Counted from the first letter of the stretch, positions 1 to 10,633 are shown. The stretch is 64,000 nucleotides of DNA from Clostridia bacterium (GCA_017936925.1 JAGBEP010000010.1:15105-79104); one strand, 5' to 3'. Translations and numbers: made by a program. The notes: generated by a model not told the origin, from the letters alone.

Positions 1-2
1 AT

Positions 3-434
3 GTTTCAGAGCCACTTAATAGATGGGAATTAATAGAATTATTAGATAAAGATTATTCTTATGAGATGCTTAGTTCAGGTATGATGATTTTTAAACTTCC
101 TAATGTTCAGGGAGGATTGATTATTTTAGAAAAAATGTATAAAAATAGCAGACCAGATTATGCTAGAGCAACTAAAGTTATAAAAATGACAATAGAAGAT
201 TTTGAAAAAATAAAAGCTGATTTAATTATTGATGGAGATATTCCTTCTTCAGCAGTTGATTCACATCCTGCTTTGAACAAAAAATGTGATAGTATATGGC
301 ATACGCAGGCTTGGGGACAAAGAATTGCTGAACTTGCAGGATATAGAACAGATCCGAGAAGATCAAAAGAAAATATTGAAAGTATCGAAGATGAAATTGA
401 TACTATTAAAAGATCAAGGAGATTAAGAGAATAA
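3..434 (+). CDS. hypothetical protein, 5' end truncated by the window edge (frame 3 is open from nt 3)
   Basis: ORF open to the window start. TAATG stop/start overlap with the next ORF at 432-436. No recognisable motif. Confidence 0.4.
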   Translation, partial: VSEPLNRWELIELLDKDYSYEMLSSGMMIFKLPNVQGGLIILEKMYKNSRPDYARATKVIKMTIEDFEKIKADLIIDGDIPSSAVDSHPALNKKCDSIWHTQAWGQRIAELAGYRTDPRRSKENIESIEDEIDTIKRSRRLRE

Positions 435-1255
435 TGGAAGTATTAGTTAAAAGAAAAGATTTTAAAGTTTCAACAGATGTTTTTCACAAAATATGTAGAG
501 AGTTTAAATCAGAATTGAAAGATGCTAAAAAAGATATTGAAAAATTAAATGAAATTGATTATCAGTATAATAATAAGATAGTTTACTTAGACAAGTTACT
601 TGAAACAATTGATGGTTATATGGAAAAAGAAACTGTAGAACAAGAAACAAAAAACTTAATGGTTGCATATTATGGTAATCCTGTAGTTACAATAGAACTT
701 TGTTTGATGGCTCTTATGAAAGGACAGATGATTAATTTAGTAATTGATGATATGTGTTTAGGTGTTAATAAATTAATTGTTGAACTTTATAAAGAGCTAT
801 TGAAAGAATATAAAATTTTTGATGTTGTTTCATTTAGTAATTATGAGTCTAAAGAAGTGATTGAAGAAAATAAAAACTATTTTGACAAAATGTTTTTCTT
901 AGGAGATAAGAATTTATATAATATTTGTAAGCATATTTCTGGCACAACTAGTATTGAATATATTCCTTATAATATTATTGATATTTATTGTGAAGATGAA
1001 GATTTTTATGATTTGGCTAGAGAGATTTTTAATTATTGCTTTGAAAATAGTGTAGAATCAGAAATTTATGAGGATATGAGTTTTGATGAGGTAGTTGATA
1101 TTTTTAATAACTATGGAGAAAATTATTGTAGTATTATCTTAACTAAAAATAAAGAGTTAGCAGAAAGATTTAAAAAAGAAGTGAATTCTAAATTTGTATA
1201 TGCTAATGAAAATCCTTTTAAAGATGAAAATTTAAGAATACCTGAATTTTTTTAA
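434..1255 (+). CDS. hypothetical protein (273 aa), translationally coupled to the upstream ORF
   Basis: ATG overlaps the upstream stop (TAATG). No recognisable domain by eye. Confidence 0.45.
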   Translation: MEVLVKRKDFKVSTDVFHKICREFKSELKDAKKDIEKLNEIDYQYNNKIVYLDKLLETIDGYMEKETVEQETKNLMVAYYGNPVVTIELCLMALMKGQMINLVIDDMCLGVNKLIVELYKELLKEYKIFDVVSFSNYESKEVIEENKNYFDKMFFLGDKNLYNICKHISGTTSIEYIPYNIIDIYCEDEDFYDLAREIFNYCFENSVESEIYEDMSFDEVVDIFNNYGENYCSIILTKNKELAERFKKEVNSKFVYANENPFKDENLRIPEFF

Positions 1256-1303
1256 ATAAAATATAAAATATTTTATGCGTAAAGTATTGATTGATTAGGT
1301 TGC

Positions 1304-1332
1304 TTGACAAATTTAAACAATCCATATAAAAT
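1304..1332 (+). promoter_or_regulatory. sigma-A-like promoter TTGACA-17-TAAAAT upstream of rny
   Basis: TTGACA at 1304-1309, 17-nt spacer, TAAAAT at 1327-1332. Confidence 0.4.
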
Positions 1333-1431
1333 AGATATGGTTAAAATTAAAAATATAAAATTTATTTATAGCATAAAATTTATATATTTAATGAACATTG
1401 AAAATTTAATAAGAAAAGAGGTTGATTATGA

Positions 1432-2976
1432 ATGAGTGAAGTACTTATTGTTATAATTACTCTTTTAATCTCAGCGGCAATATTCATACCTGTAGGAATT
1501 ACAATTAGAAAAAGAATTGCTGAATCTAAAATTAAAAGTGCTGAAAATGAAGCTAAAAGATTACTTGAAAATGTAAAAATAGAAGCAGAAAATACTAAAA
1601 GGGAAGAAATTTTTAAAGCTAAGGAAGAAATGTTGAAACTTAGAAATGATTTAGATCAGGAGATTAAAGAGAGGAGAGCAGAAGTAGGACAACAAGAAAA
1701 GAGATTAATCCAAAAGGAAGAAAATTTGGATAAAAGAGTTCAGTCTTTAGAAGATAAGGAAAAAGATTTGAATAAAAAGCTTGAAGAAAGCGAAAAAATT
1801 AGACAAGAATTAGAAAGCAAAAAAGAAGAAGAACTTGCGGAATTACAACGTATTTCAGGATTGACTGTTGATGAAGCTAAGAAAATTTTATTAGATTCTT
1901 TAGAAAGTGAAATAGTTCCAGAAAAAGCTCAAATGATTAAAGATTTTGAAAATAAATATAAAGAAGAATCTAGTAAGATAGCTAAAGAAGTGGTTGCTTA
2001 TTCTATTCAAAAGTGTGCAGCAGATCATACTTCTGAAACTACTGTATCTGTTGTTTCATTACCAAATGATGAGATGAAAGGTAGAATAATTGGTAGAGAA
2101 GGAAGAAATATCAAAACTCTTGAAACATTAACGGGTATTGATTTAATAATAGATGATACACCTGAGGCTGTTATTATTTCAGGGTTTGATCCTTTAAGAA
2201 GAGAAGTTGCTAGAATTGCTCTTGAAAAATTGTTAGAAGATGGAAGAATTCATCCTGCTAAAATTGAAGAAATGGTTGAAAAAGCTAAAGAAGAAGTGGA
2301 ATCAATTATTAAAGAAGAAGGAGAAAGAGCTATTTTAGAAACAGGTGTACATGGTTTAAATCCAGATATTGTTAAACTTTTGGGAAAATTGAAATATAGA
2401 ACAAGTTATGGACAAAATGTTCTTAATCATTCTATAGAAGTATCAAATCTTGCTAGAATTATGGCAGAAGAATTAGGGTTAAATCCTAAGTTAGCTAGAA
2501 GAGCAGGTTTGTTACATGATATAGGAAAAGCCTTAGATCACGATATGGAAGGTACACATGTTGAAATTGGTGTTGATATATTAAAACGTTATAAAGAAAA
2601 TGATGCAGTTATAAACTGTGTTGAAGCTCACCATGGAGATGTTGAACCCAAATCTTTAGAAGCTGTATTAGTACAAGCTGCTGACGCAATTTCTGCATCT
2701 AGACCTGGAGCTAGAAGAGAAACAATAGAAGCGTATATTAAGAGGTTACAAGACCTAGAAAGAATAGCTGATTCTTTTGATGGCGTTGATAAATCTTTTG
2801 CTATACAGGCTGGTAGAGAAATTAGATTAATGGTTAAACCTGAAAAAATTTCTGATAATGAGATGATTGTTTTAGCTAGAGATGTTGCTAAAAAGGTTGA
2901 AAGTGAAATGGAGTATCCAGGACAAATTAAAGTTAATGTAATTCGTGAGACTAGAGCGATTGAATATGCAAAATAA
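1432..2976 (+). CDS. rny: ribonuclease Y (N-terminal TM helix, coiled coil, KH domain, HD domain)
   Basis: N-terminal hydrophobic helix, then a KEE-rich coiled coil, the KH motif [11 protein letters not shown] and the HD motif LLHDIGK...HH. Confidence 0.9.
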   Translation: MSEVLIVIITLLISAAIFIPVGITIRKRIAESKIKSAENEAKRLLENVKIEAENTKREEIFKAKEEMLKLRNDLDQEIKERRAEVGQQEKRLIQKEENLDKRVQSLEDKEKDLNKKLEESEKIRQELESKKEEELAELQRISGLTVDEAKKILLDSLESEIVPEKAQMIKDFENKYKEESSKIAKEVVAYSIQKCAADHTSETTVSVVSLPNDEMKGRIIGREGRNIKTLETLTGIDLIIDDTPEAVIISGFDPLRREVARIALEKLLEDGRIHPAKIEEMVEKAKEEVESIIKEEGERAILETGVHGLNPDIVKLLGKLKYRTSYGQNVLNHSIEVSNLARIMAEELGLNPKLARRAGLLHDIGKALDHDMEGTHVEIGVDILKRYKENDAVINCVEAHHGDVEPKSLEAVLVQAADAISASRPGARRETIEAYIKRLQDLERIADSFDGVDKSFAIQAGREIRLMVKPEKISDNEMIVLARDVAKKVESEMEYPGQIKVNVIRETRAIEYAK

Positions 2977-2980
2977 ATAA

Positions 2981-3010
2981 AAAGAGCAAATTATTTGCTC
3001 TTTTTTGTTT
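2981..3010 (+). terminator. rho-independent terminator after rny
   Basis: Hairpin AAAGAGCAAAT/ATTTGCTCTTT followed by a T-run. Confidence 0.6.
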
Positions 3011-3056
3011 TTATATGTATAATTTGTTTAATAAAACTAAAGAAAAGGAGAAAAAA

Positions 3057-4277
3057 ATGAAAAGTGATAGTAAAATGATTGTTAATGCTGTTATTATTGT
3101 TATGGCTGTTCTTTTAATTGTATTAGCATTTATAGTATATGTATCTTTTACACAAAAGAAGAATGAAAATAATAGTGATAGTACAAACAATGCAACAAAT
3201 CTAAATGAAACAACAAATGTAATTGATAATGAAGAATCAGAGACTGAATATTCAGATGAAATTGAAGTTGTTCCAACTATGGAGGATGAATTAATTGGAG
3301 ATACTGTTTGGTGTCCAACTTTTCAGCTTGTTTGGAATGATATGAAAAATGAAGTGGTTAAGCAAGATATTGAATTTATAGCAGATGATGAACCGGAATA
3401 TTTGGAGAATTTAAATGCTGAGAGTTTTACTGAGAATAATCTTTCAGATGAATATTATTATAAAAAATGGGGAATTAAGTCTAATGATTTAAAAAATGAA
3501 ATAATTGATGGAATAAAAGAAAAATTTAATGAAACTTCTGATGTTATTGATGAGAAAGAAGATTGGGATGAATGGCAAAATGCTGCTGTTGATGAAGAAA
3601 AAAGATATATTTTTTATGCTATGTTAAAGAAAGTATTTAATTTTGAAAATCCTTTTGATGAATTAGAAGATGGATATTTTAATAGTGGGGATGGAACATA
3701 TTATAATAATGTTAAATATTTTGGAATTAATGATGAAAGTGATGAAAATTTAAAAGATCAAGTTACAATTTTATATTATAGCGATTTTGATAATTTAGCA
3801 ATTTCAATTAAAACTAAGGAGAATGATGAAGTTATTTTAGCTAAAGGAGTAGAAGGAAAAACTTTTGCTAAAATGTATGAAAATATTCAAAAGTCTTCTG
3901 ATGAATATACAGGAGAAACTGTAATGGGAGATGATGATATTTTAAGAATTCCTAATTTGCAGTTTAATGTTTTGAAAGATTATGAAGATTTAGAAAACAA
4001 GAGTTTTTTCAATGCAGATGGAAATCGATGTTTTATTGCTAAAGCTTTACAGACAGTAAGATTTGAAATGGATAATGAGGGAGGAAAAATAAAAAGTGAG
4101 GCTATCATAGAAATGGTCAAGGCAACTTCATTGATAGAAGATGTTGAATTTAAAAATTTGAATTTTGATAGTGATTTTGTTCTTTTTATAAAAGAAGCAG
4201 ATAAAGATTTACCATATTTTGCTCTTAATGTTTCAGATATTTCAAAATTTCAAGAAGATGTTTCTATTGAAGAATAA
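3057..4277 (+). CDS. membrane-anchored serpin-like protein (tentative)
   Basis: N-terminal TM helix and Asn/Thr-rich linker. The C-terminal region contains a hinge-like EMDNEGGKIKSEA and FDSDFVLFIKEADKDLPYFALNV, which resembles the serpin C-terminal signature F-x-x-D-(RP)-F-L-F-x-I...LF-x-G. Start chosen at the ATG with an AAGGAG RBS (3045-3050). Confidence 0.35.
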   Translation: MKSDSKMIVNAVIIVMAVLLIVLAFIVYVSFTQKKNENNSDSTNNATNLNETTNVIDNEESETEYSDEIEVVPTMEDELIGDTVWCPTFQLVWNDMKNEVVKQDIEFIADDEPEYLENLNAESFTENNLSDEYYYKKWGIKSNDLKNEIIDGIKEKFNETSDVIDEKEDWDEWQNAAVDEEKRYIFYAMLKKVFNFENPFDELEDGYFNSGDGTYYNNVKYFGINDESDENLKDQVTILYYSDFDNLAISIKTKENDEVILAKGVEGKTFAKMYENIQKSSDEYTGETVMGDDDILRIPNLQFNVLKDYEDLENKSFFNADGNRCFIAKALQTVRFEMDNEGGKIKSEAIIEMVKATSLIEDVEFKNLNFDSDFVLFIKEADKDLPYFALNVSDISKFQEDVSIEE

Positions 4278-4393
4278 TTTTAATAAATAATATTTTTTAT
4301 GAATCAGGATTATAAAAAGTTATAATCTTGATTTTTTTATAAAAATATAGATATTTAATATTTATTTAATAAATGGAAATTAAAATACTATTG

Positions 4394-4422
4394 TTGACAT
4401 GTGACATCGTGTCACATATAAT
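4394..4422 (+). promoter_or_regulatory. consensus sigma-A promoter (TTGACA-17-TATAAT) with embedded perfect inverted repeat ATGTGACA-TCG-TGTCACAT, the likely TetR operator
   Basis: TTGACA at 4394-4399 and TATAAT at 4417-4422. The 8-bp arms of the palindrome occupy 4399-4406 and 4410-4417, that is, the entire spacer. Confidence 0.7.
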
Positions 4423-4449
4423 TGTTATGCAAATTAAATGGAGGGAAAA

Positions 4450-5046
4450 ATGCCAAAAGCTACTTTTTACAATTTACCTAGAGAAAAACAGAATAAAGTT
4501 ATTCAAGCGGCTAGAGAAGAGTTTGTTAGAGCTAAAGATGGAGAAATTTTGATTAAAAATATTGTTATTTCTGCTGGAATTCCTAGAGGAAGTTTTTATC
4601 AGTATTTTGAAACTAAAGAAGATTTAGTTGATTTTTTGATGGAAAATCATTTTCTAAAAACAAAGAAAGTGTTTTTGCAGAAACTTTTAGAGTTTAATGG
4701 GGATATAATTTCAGCGTTTGAGGATATTTTTAAAAATATGATTTCTACTGAGAATAAAGAAAATGTTGATCTAGAGAGAAAAATAATGGAAAATATTAAA
4801 AGATTTCAGGAAAGGCATAGTATACATATTTGCCCTTTAAAAGATAAAAAACTTTTTAAAGAAATTTCCATTGATAAAGAAAAATTTAGAATAGAATCGG
4901 AAGATGATTTAGAAAGTGTTATTCATATTATTATTAGTATATTTATTAAAAATATTATTGATTTGCAAAATGGCAATTCTGAAGAAAAAGTTTTAGAAAA
5001 TGTAAAAAGAGATTTAAATTATTTGAGATGTGGTATTTTAAAATAG
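4450..5046 (+). CDS. TetR/AcrR family transcriptional regulator
   Basis: N-terminal HTH IVISAGIPRGSFYQYFETKEDL typical of TetR. The ATG at 4450 has a GGAGGG RBS. It lies directly upstream of the ABC exporter pair. Confidence 0.8.
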   Translation: MPKATFYNLPREKQNKVIQAAREEFVRAKDGEILIKNIVISAGIPRGSFYQYFETKEDLVDFLMENHFLKTKKVFLQKLLEFNGDIISAFEDIFKNMISTENKENVDLERKIMENIKRFQERHSIHICPLKDKKLFKEISIDKEKFRIESEDDLESVIHIIISIFIKNIIDLQNGNSEEKVLENVKRDLNYLRCGILK

Positions 5047-5064
5047 GAAAGGAAAAGATTACTA

Positions 5065-7320
5065 ATGTTAAAGATTTTGTTAAAACTTAGAAAAGAGTGG
5101 AAGTCAGTTATTATAGTAATGGTGTTGCTTGTAGTTCAAGCGATGGCTGAGTTGGCTTTGCCAGATTATACTTCTAAAATTGTAAATATTGGAATCCAAC
5201 AAGGTGGTATAGATTGTTGTGTTCCAGAAGTTGTTAGACAAGAGACCATGAATAATATTTTACTGGCAACTAATGAAGATGAAATTATTTTAGAAGAGTA
5301 TAGATTGATTTCTAAAGGTTCTGTTTCTGAAGAAGAATATAAAGAATACTTAGAGAAATATCCTGATTTAGAGAATGAAAATTTATATGTTTTAAAAGAT
5401 AAAATTTCAAAAGATAATAAAGAAAAATTAGAAGAGGTAATTGCTAAACCTTTAGTTATGATTTATTTTGTTGAAAATGATGAGCAATCTGAAGAAATGA
5501 GAAAATATGTTTTGAGTCAATTATCTGATGAAGTTGCTGTTAATTCACAAGATAAAAGTTTAATTGAAATTATTAAGATGTTGCCAGAAGAGCAGAGGGA
5601 AGGAATGATTTCTCAATTTGGAAAACAACTTGATGAAAAACTTGGAGGAATGATTGACCAATCTGCTATTACTGTTGTTAAAGCAGAATACAAAGCAATA
5701 GGTTTGGATTTAGATGAAATACAAACAAATTATATTTGGAAATCTGGATTTCAGATGTTAGGTGTTGCTTTACTTATAATGGTGACTGGTGTTGTAATAA
5801 TGTTTTTCTCATCAGGAATGGCATGTAAGCTGGCTAAATGTTTAAGAGAAGAAGTTTTCGAAAAGGTACTAAAGTATTCTAATAAAGAGTTCAGAGATTT
5901 TTCTACTGCATCACTTATTACTAGAAGTACTAATGATATTCAACAGATTCAAGGCATGATTCAGATGCTTTTTAGAACTATAATATATGCTCCAATTATG
6001 GGAATTGGTGGACTTATACGAGTTATAACCAAAAGTAGTACTTCTATGATTTGGATTATTGGTTGTGCTATTTTAGCGGTTTTAACGATTGTGTTGATAT
6101 TGTTTATTGTAGCAATGCCTAAATTTAAAAAACTTCAAATTTTAATTGATAAAATTAATTTAGTAGCTCGAGAGATTTTAACAGGTCTTCCTGTAATTAG
6201 GGCTTTCCATAAAGAAAAAACTGAAGAAGAGCGCTTTGATAGAGCTAATGTTGATTTAACAAAGGTAAATATATTTGTAAATAGAGTAATGTCTTTTATG
6301 ATGCCACTTCTTATGTTTTTAATGAGTTTTGTTTCATTAATGATTGTATGGTTTGGTAGTTATAATATTGATTCTGGAATAATGCAAGTTGGAGACATGA
6401 TGGCGATTATTCAATATACAATGCAGATTGTTATGGCGTTTTTAATGGTTTCGATGATTTCTATTATGCTTCCGAGAGCTGCGGTATCTGCGAATAGAAT
6501 AAATGAGATTTTGGATAAAGACTTAAGTATTAAAGATAAAGAGAAAACTAAAAAATTAGAAAGCTCTAAAAAGGGATTAGTAGAATTTAAGAATGTTTCA
6601 TTTAGATATCCTGATGCTGATGTGGAAATTCTGACAGATATTAATTTTACCGCAGAACCAGGTAAAACTACAGCAATAATAGGAAGTACGGGTAGCGGAA
6701 AGTCTACAATAATTAATTTGATTCCAAGATTTTATGATGTAACTGCTGGTTCTCTTTGTGTAGATGGAGTAAATGTTAAAGATGTTTCTCAAAAAGATTT
6801 AAGAGATGTTATTGGATTTGTTCCGCAAAAAGGAGTATTATTTTCTGGAACTATTGAGTCTAATATAAAATTTTCTAATCCAAATATGAGTGATGAAAAA
6901 ATGAAAGAAGCTGCCAGAATAGCTCAGGCTACTGAGTTTATTGAATCAAAACCAGATAACTATCAAACACCGATTGCACAGGGTGGTACTAATGTGTCAG
7001 GTGGACAAAAGCAAAGATTATCAATTGCTAGAGCTATTGCTGCAGACCCAGAAATTTATATTTTTGACGATAGTTTTTCAGCTTTAGATTATAAGACGGA
7101 TTGTGTATTAAGGGAGGAATTAGCTAAAGTAACAAAAGATAAAACTGTTATTATTGTTGCTCAAAGAATTAATACTGTGCTTAATGCAGATCAAATTATA
7201 ACTTTAGAAGATGGAAAAATTGTTGGTAAAGGAACTCATGAGGAATTAATGAAAAATTGTGAAACATATAGACAAATTGCTTTATCACAATTATCAGAAG
7301 AAGAATTAAATAGAAAGTAG
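5065..7320 (+). CDS. ABC exporter permease/ATPase subunit (type I exporter fold) with a large extracytoplasmic insert between TM1 and TM2 and a degenerate Walker B
   Basis: Walker A GSTGSGKST, signature VSGGQKQRLSIARA, and Walker B IYIFDDSFSALD with D in place of the catalytic E. About 170 extra residues lie between TM1 and TM2. Confidence 0.85.
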   Translation: MLKILLKLRKEWKSVIIVMVLLVVQAMAELALPDYTSKIVNIGIQQGGIDCCVPEVVRQETMNNILLATNEDEIILEEYRLISKGSVSEEEYKEYLEKYPDLENENLYVLKDKISKDNKEKLEEVIAKPLVMIYFVENDEQSEEMRKYVLSQLSDEVAVNSQDKSLIEIIKMLPEEQREGMISQFGKQLDEKLGGMIDQSAITVVKAEYKAIGLDLDEIQTNYIWKSGFQMLGVALLIMVTGVVIMFFSSGMACKLAKCLREEVFEKVLKYSNKEFRDFSTASLITRSTNDIQQIQGMIQMLFRTIIYAPIMGIGGLIRVITKSSTSMIWIIGCAILAVLTIVLILFIVAMPKFKKLQILIDKINLVAREILTGLPVIRAFHKEKTEEERFDRANVDLTKVNIFVNRVMSFMMPLLMFLMSFVSLMIVWFGSYNIDSGIMQVGDMMAIIQYTMQIVMAFLMVSMISIMLPRAAVSANRINEILDKDLSIKDKEKTKKLESSKKGLVEFKNVSFRYPDADVEILTDINFTAEPGKTTAIIGSTGSGKSTIINLIPRFYDVTAGSLCVDGVNVKDVSQKDLRDVIGFVPQKGVLFSGTIESNIKFSNPNMSDEKMKEAARIAQATEFIESKPDNYQTPIAQGGTNVSGGQKQRLSIARAIAADPEIYIFDDSFSALDYKTDCVLREELAKVTKDKTVIIVAQRINTVLNADQIITLEDGKIVGKGTHEELMKNCETYRQIALSQLSEEELNRK

Positions 7321-7340
7321 AAAGGAAGTGAGAACAAATA

Positions 7341-9191
7341 ATGAACGAAAGAACTAGTAAGAAAATGCCTAAAGGTCCAGGGGGGCCAGGAGGAAAAATG
7401 GGAGCTGGTGAGAAGGCTAAAGATGCTAAAGGTACTTTAGCTAAACTTTTTAAAATGTATTTAAAACAGTATAAGTGGAAGTTAATTATTGTTTTCATTT
7501 TCGCTGTTGCAAGTACTATATTTACAATTGTTGGACCTAAAATTTTAGGTAAGGCTACTACTGAAATTTATAATGGTATTGTAAAAAAGATTTCTGGAAT
7601 AGGTGGTATTGATTTTAATTATATTTTACATATTATTCTTATATTAGTTGGATTATATGTTATAAGTGCTTTATGTTCGCTTGTACAAGGTCTAATTATG
7701 ACGGATATTTCACAAAAATTAACATATAAGATGAGAGATGATTTATCAAAGAAAATACATAAATTACCAATGAATTTTTTTGATAAGAAGAATAAAGGTG
7801 AAGTATTATCAATTCTTACAAATGATATCGATACATTTGGACAAAGTTTTAATCAAAGTATAACAGAGATAATTACTGCTATATGTACTATTATCGGAAT
7901 TTTAGTTATGATGTTTTCAATTAATGTTACAATGACCTTTATATCTTTACTTATATTACCAATTTCAGCATTTTTACTAAAGAAAATTGTTGGAAAATCT
8001 CAAAAATATTTTAAAGCTCAACAGGATATTTTAGGAAATGTTAATGGGCAAGTTGAAGAAGTTTATGGGGGACAGTTAATAGTTAAAGCTTTTAACAAAG
8101 AAGATGATGTTTTAGAAGAATTTAAAAAGAATAATGAAAAATTATTTAGTGCTGGTTGGAAATCTCAATTTATGGGTGGATTTATGCATCCTGTTATGAA
8201 TTTTATTAGTAACTTAGGTTATGTAGCAGTTGCTATAGTTGGTGGATATTTTACTATTCAAGGTAAAATTCAAGTAGGAGATATTCAATCATTTATTCAA
8301 TATAATAAGCAATTTACGCAACCTATTGGCCAGGTGGCTCAAGTAATGACACAAATTCAAACTATGATTGCTGCTGTTGAAAGAGTTTTAGATTTTCTAG
8401 AAGAGAAAGAAGAGAAAGATTCTGAGAAGAATCCAGTTGATGTAAAAACGTTAAAAGGAAATATTGAATTTAATCATGTTAAATTTGGATATAATCCGGA
8501 TAAAATTGTTATTAAAGATTTTAATGCTAAGGTTAAGGATGGACAGAAAATTGCAATTGTTGGGCCAACAGGAGCTGGTAAAACTACTCTAGTTAAACTT
8601 TTAATGAGGTTTTATGATTTAAATAGTGGAAATATAACTATAGATGGATATGATATTAAAGACTTTAAAAAAGGTGATTTGAGACAGCACTTTGGAATGG
8701 TGCTTCAAGATACTTGGTTATTTGGTGGCACTATTAAGGATAATATTAAATATAGTAGACCAGATGCTACTGATGATGAAGTAATAGAAGCAGCTAAGGC
8801 AGCGAATATTCATCACTTTATAAAGACGTTACCAGGTGGGTATGATAATCTTCTAAATGAAGAAACAAATAATATTTCAGCTGGACAAAAGCAATTATTA
8901 ACTATTGCCCGTGTTATCTTAGCTGATCCAGAAATATTAATTTTAGATGAGGCTACGAGTTCAATAGATACTAGAACTGAAATTCAAATTCAAGCTGCAA
9001 TGGATAATTTAATGAAAGGAAGAACAAGCTTTATAATTGCACATAGGCTATCTACAATAAAAAATGCAGATATGATTTTAGTTATAAATGATGGCGATAT
9101 TGTTGAACAAGGAAAACACGAAGAACTTTTAGCAAAAGGTGGTTTTTATGCTACACTTTATAATTCACAATTTGATGAGGAAGAAGAGTAA
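7341..9191 (+). CDS. ABC exporter permease/ATPase subunit, heterodimer partner, with canonical Walker B and non-canonical signature
   Basis: Walker A GPTGAGKTT, Walker B ILILDEATSSID, and signature ISAGQKQLLTIARV, which deviates from LSGGQ. Gly/Pro-rich N-terminal tail. Confidence 0.85.
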   Translation: MNERTSKKMPKGPGGPGGKMGAGEKAKDAKGTLAKLFKMYLKQYKWKLIIVFIFAVASTIFTIVGPKILGKATTEIYNGIVKKISGIGGIDFNYILHIILILVGLYVISALCSLVQGLIMTDISQKLTYKMRDDLSKKIHKLPMNFFDKKNKGEVLSILTNDIDTFGQSFNQSITEIITAICTIIGILVMMFSINVTMTFISLLILPISAFLLKKIVGKSQKYFKAQQDILGNVNGQVEEVYGGQLIVKAFNKEDDVLEEFKKNNEKLFSAGWKSQFMGGFMHPVMNFISNLGYVAVAIVGGYFTIQGKIQVGDIQSFIQYNKQFTQPIGQVAQVMTQIQTMIAAVERVLDFLEEKEEKDSEKNPVDVKTLKGNIEFNHVKFGYNPDKIVIKDFNAKVKDGQKIAIVGPTGAGKTTLVKLLMRFYDLNSGNITIDGYDIKDFKKGDLRQHFGMVLQDTWLFGGTIKDNIKYSRPDATDDEVIEAAKAANIHHFIKTLPGGYDNLLNEETNNISAGQKQLLTIARVILADPEILILDEATSSIDTRTEIQIQAAMDNLMKGRTSFIIAHRLSTIKNADMILVINDGDIVEQGKHEELLAKGGFYATLYNSQFDEEEE

Positions 9192-9361
9192 TTAATTTAT
9201 ACATCTTATTTAGTATGTACAATATGCAATGTTGTATTAACTCTATATAAGGTGTATTTTTATCTATTGTTCATGTTTTATTTTAATGATATAATTTTTA
9301 AGTAGAAATATCTATGATTAAAAATATTGTTTAAAAATGGAACTAAGAAGGGATAGAAAAG

Positions 9362-10633
9362 ATGAAAAAGATTTTATATAAAAGTTTTGTTTTAATAATT
9401 TTATTTTTAAACTTATTTTGTTTTAATTCTTTTGCTGCTGGAGATGTGCTAGACGAGAGAATAACAGATTTTAATTTAGAAGTAAAAATTAATGAGGATA
9501 ATACGGCGGATATAATTGAGACATTTTCAATTAATATGACTGAGCGATTACAAGGTTATCCTATAAATAGAAGTTTTCCTGTTGAATATGGCGGAAAAAA
9601 GATTGATTTAGAAATTATAGAAGTTTTTGATGGTGATAATTTAATTTCCAATTCAACTTTTAGAAAAGACCGTGATATTGTTTTGAAACTAGTTCAGAGT
9701 AATGAAAAGCTAGATATCGGTTTGCATAAATTTACTATTAAGTATAAAGTTTCTGATATTGTACAATTTGAAAAAAATAATGATAGAATAAACTTGAACT
9801 TATTTGGGGATTTGAGAATACTTCCAATAGATAAATATACTGTTTCTATTATTTTTCCGAGTGGAGTTAATTTATTAAACGAAGATATAAAAGTTTACTC
9901 TTTGATTAATGAATTTCAAAGCGAAAATAATAGTGAAAGAAAAAGAATTACAGAGAACAATATTATTGAAATTTCTGATGAAAAAATAATTTATCCTGGA
10001 GAAGAAATTATAGTAGATATTTCTTTTGATAAAGAAAATATTTCAGAGAAGTCTTTGGGAAGTAAAGTTCAGAAATTTGTTACTGATAATTTAGTGTCAT
10101 TTTTTATTTTGATAGTTGGTATTATTTTATTTATTTGGGAATTATATGAAATTCAAAAGAAAAAAATAGATAATAGTAAAGAGGATAAAGGAACAATTAA
10201 AATTTTGATTGCATTAATGGTTTTAATTTTTGCTTTGATGATTGCTCTTATGACTGGAATGAGCTTAAATTATAAAATTATATCAAATTATGTTTTAAAT
10301 GTTTTAATTAAATTTGGAGAAATAGTGATTTTTGATGGATTAATAATATTTACTTTATATTTTATTCTTAGATATGAAGTGTATAGAAGAGGGATATTAA
10401 ATAAAATTTTAGGGATATTTGTTATGATTCCTCTTTTTGGAATTGGCGTAATATATTTTATGAATTTTCTTCCTGATATGTTTTATAATTTGTTTGCTTA
10501 TTTAGTATTATTTTTAATTCTTATATTTAATGTGTTTTTTATTATAAAAATAAAAGATATACAATTTTTTTCGGTGGAGGAGATAGTAGATACTGATATT
10601 GAAAATGATGAAGAAAAAGATGAAGAGAAATAA
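9362..10633 (+). CDS. membrane protein: signal peptide, about 250-aa extracytoplasmic domain, multi-TM C-terminal region and acidic tail
   Basis: Hydrophobicity pattern only. DUF2207-like architecture is possible. Confidence 0.4.
   Translation: MKKILYKSFVLIILFLNLFCFNSFAAGDVLDERITDFNLEVKINEDNTADIIETFSINMTERLQGYPINRSFPVEYGGKKIDLEIIEVFDGDNLISNSTFRKDRDIVLKLVQSNEKLDIGLHKFTIKYKVSDIVQFEKNNDRINLNLFGDLRILPIDKYTVSIIFPSGVNLLNEDIKVYSLINEFQSENNSERKRITENNIIEISDEKIIYPGEEIIVDISFDKENISEKSLGSKVQKFVTDNLVSFFILIVGIILFIWELYEIQKKKIDNSKEDKGTIKILIALMVLIFALMIALMTGMSLNYKIISNYVLNVLIKFGEIVIFDGLIIFTLYFILRYEVYRRGILNKILGIFVMIPLFGIGVIYFMNFLPDMFYNLFAYLVLFLILIFNVFFIIKIKDIQFFSVEEIVDTDIENDEEKDEEK

Noticed and set aside
6598-7498. 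Minus-strand ORFs (6598-6792, 7196-7498) inside or antisense to the ABC exporter genes. Similar antisense ORFs occur at 11793-12095, 12550-12741, 15183-15467, 17522-17752, 20179-20562, 21740-22108, 29847-30071, 31594-32339, 44252-44506, 46743-46994, 49054-49492, 50407-50912, 53100-53487, 54987-55334, 55856-56095 and 56658-56861.
   Set aside because: They lie wholly antisense within well-supported genes, have no RBS, and give low-complexity translations typical of AT-rich antisense frames.
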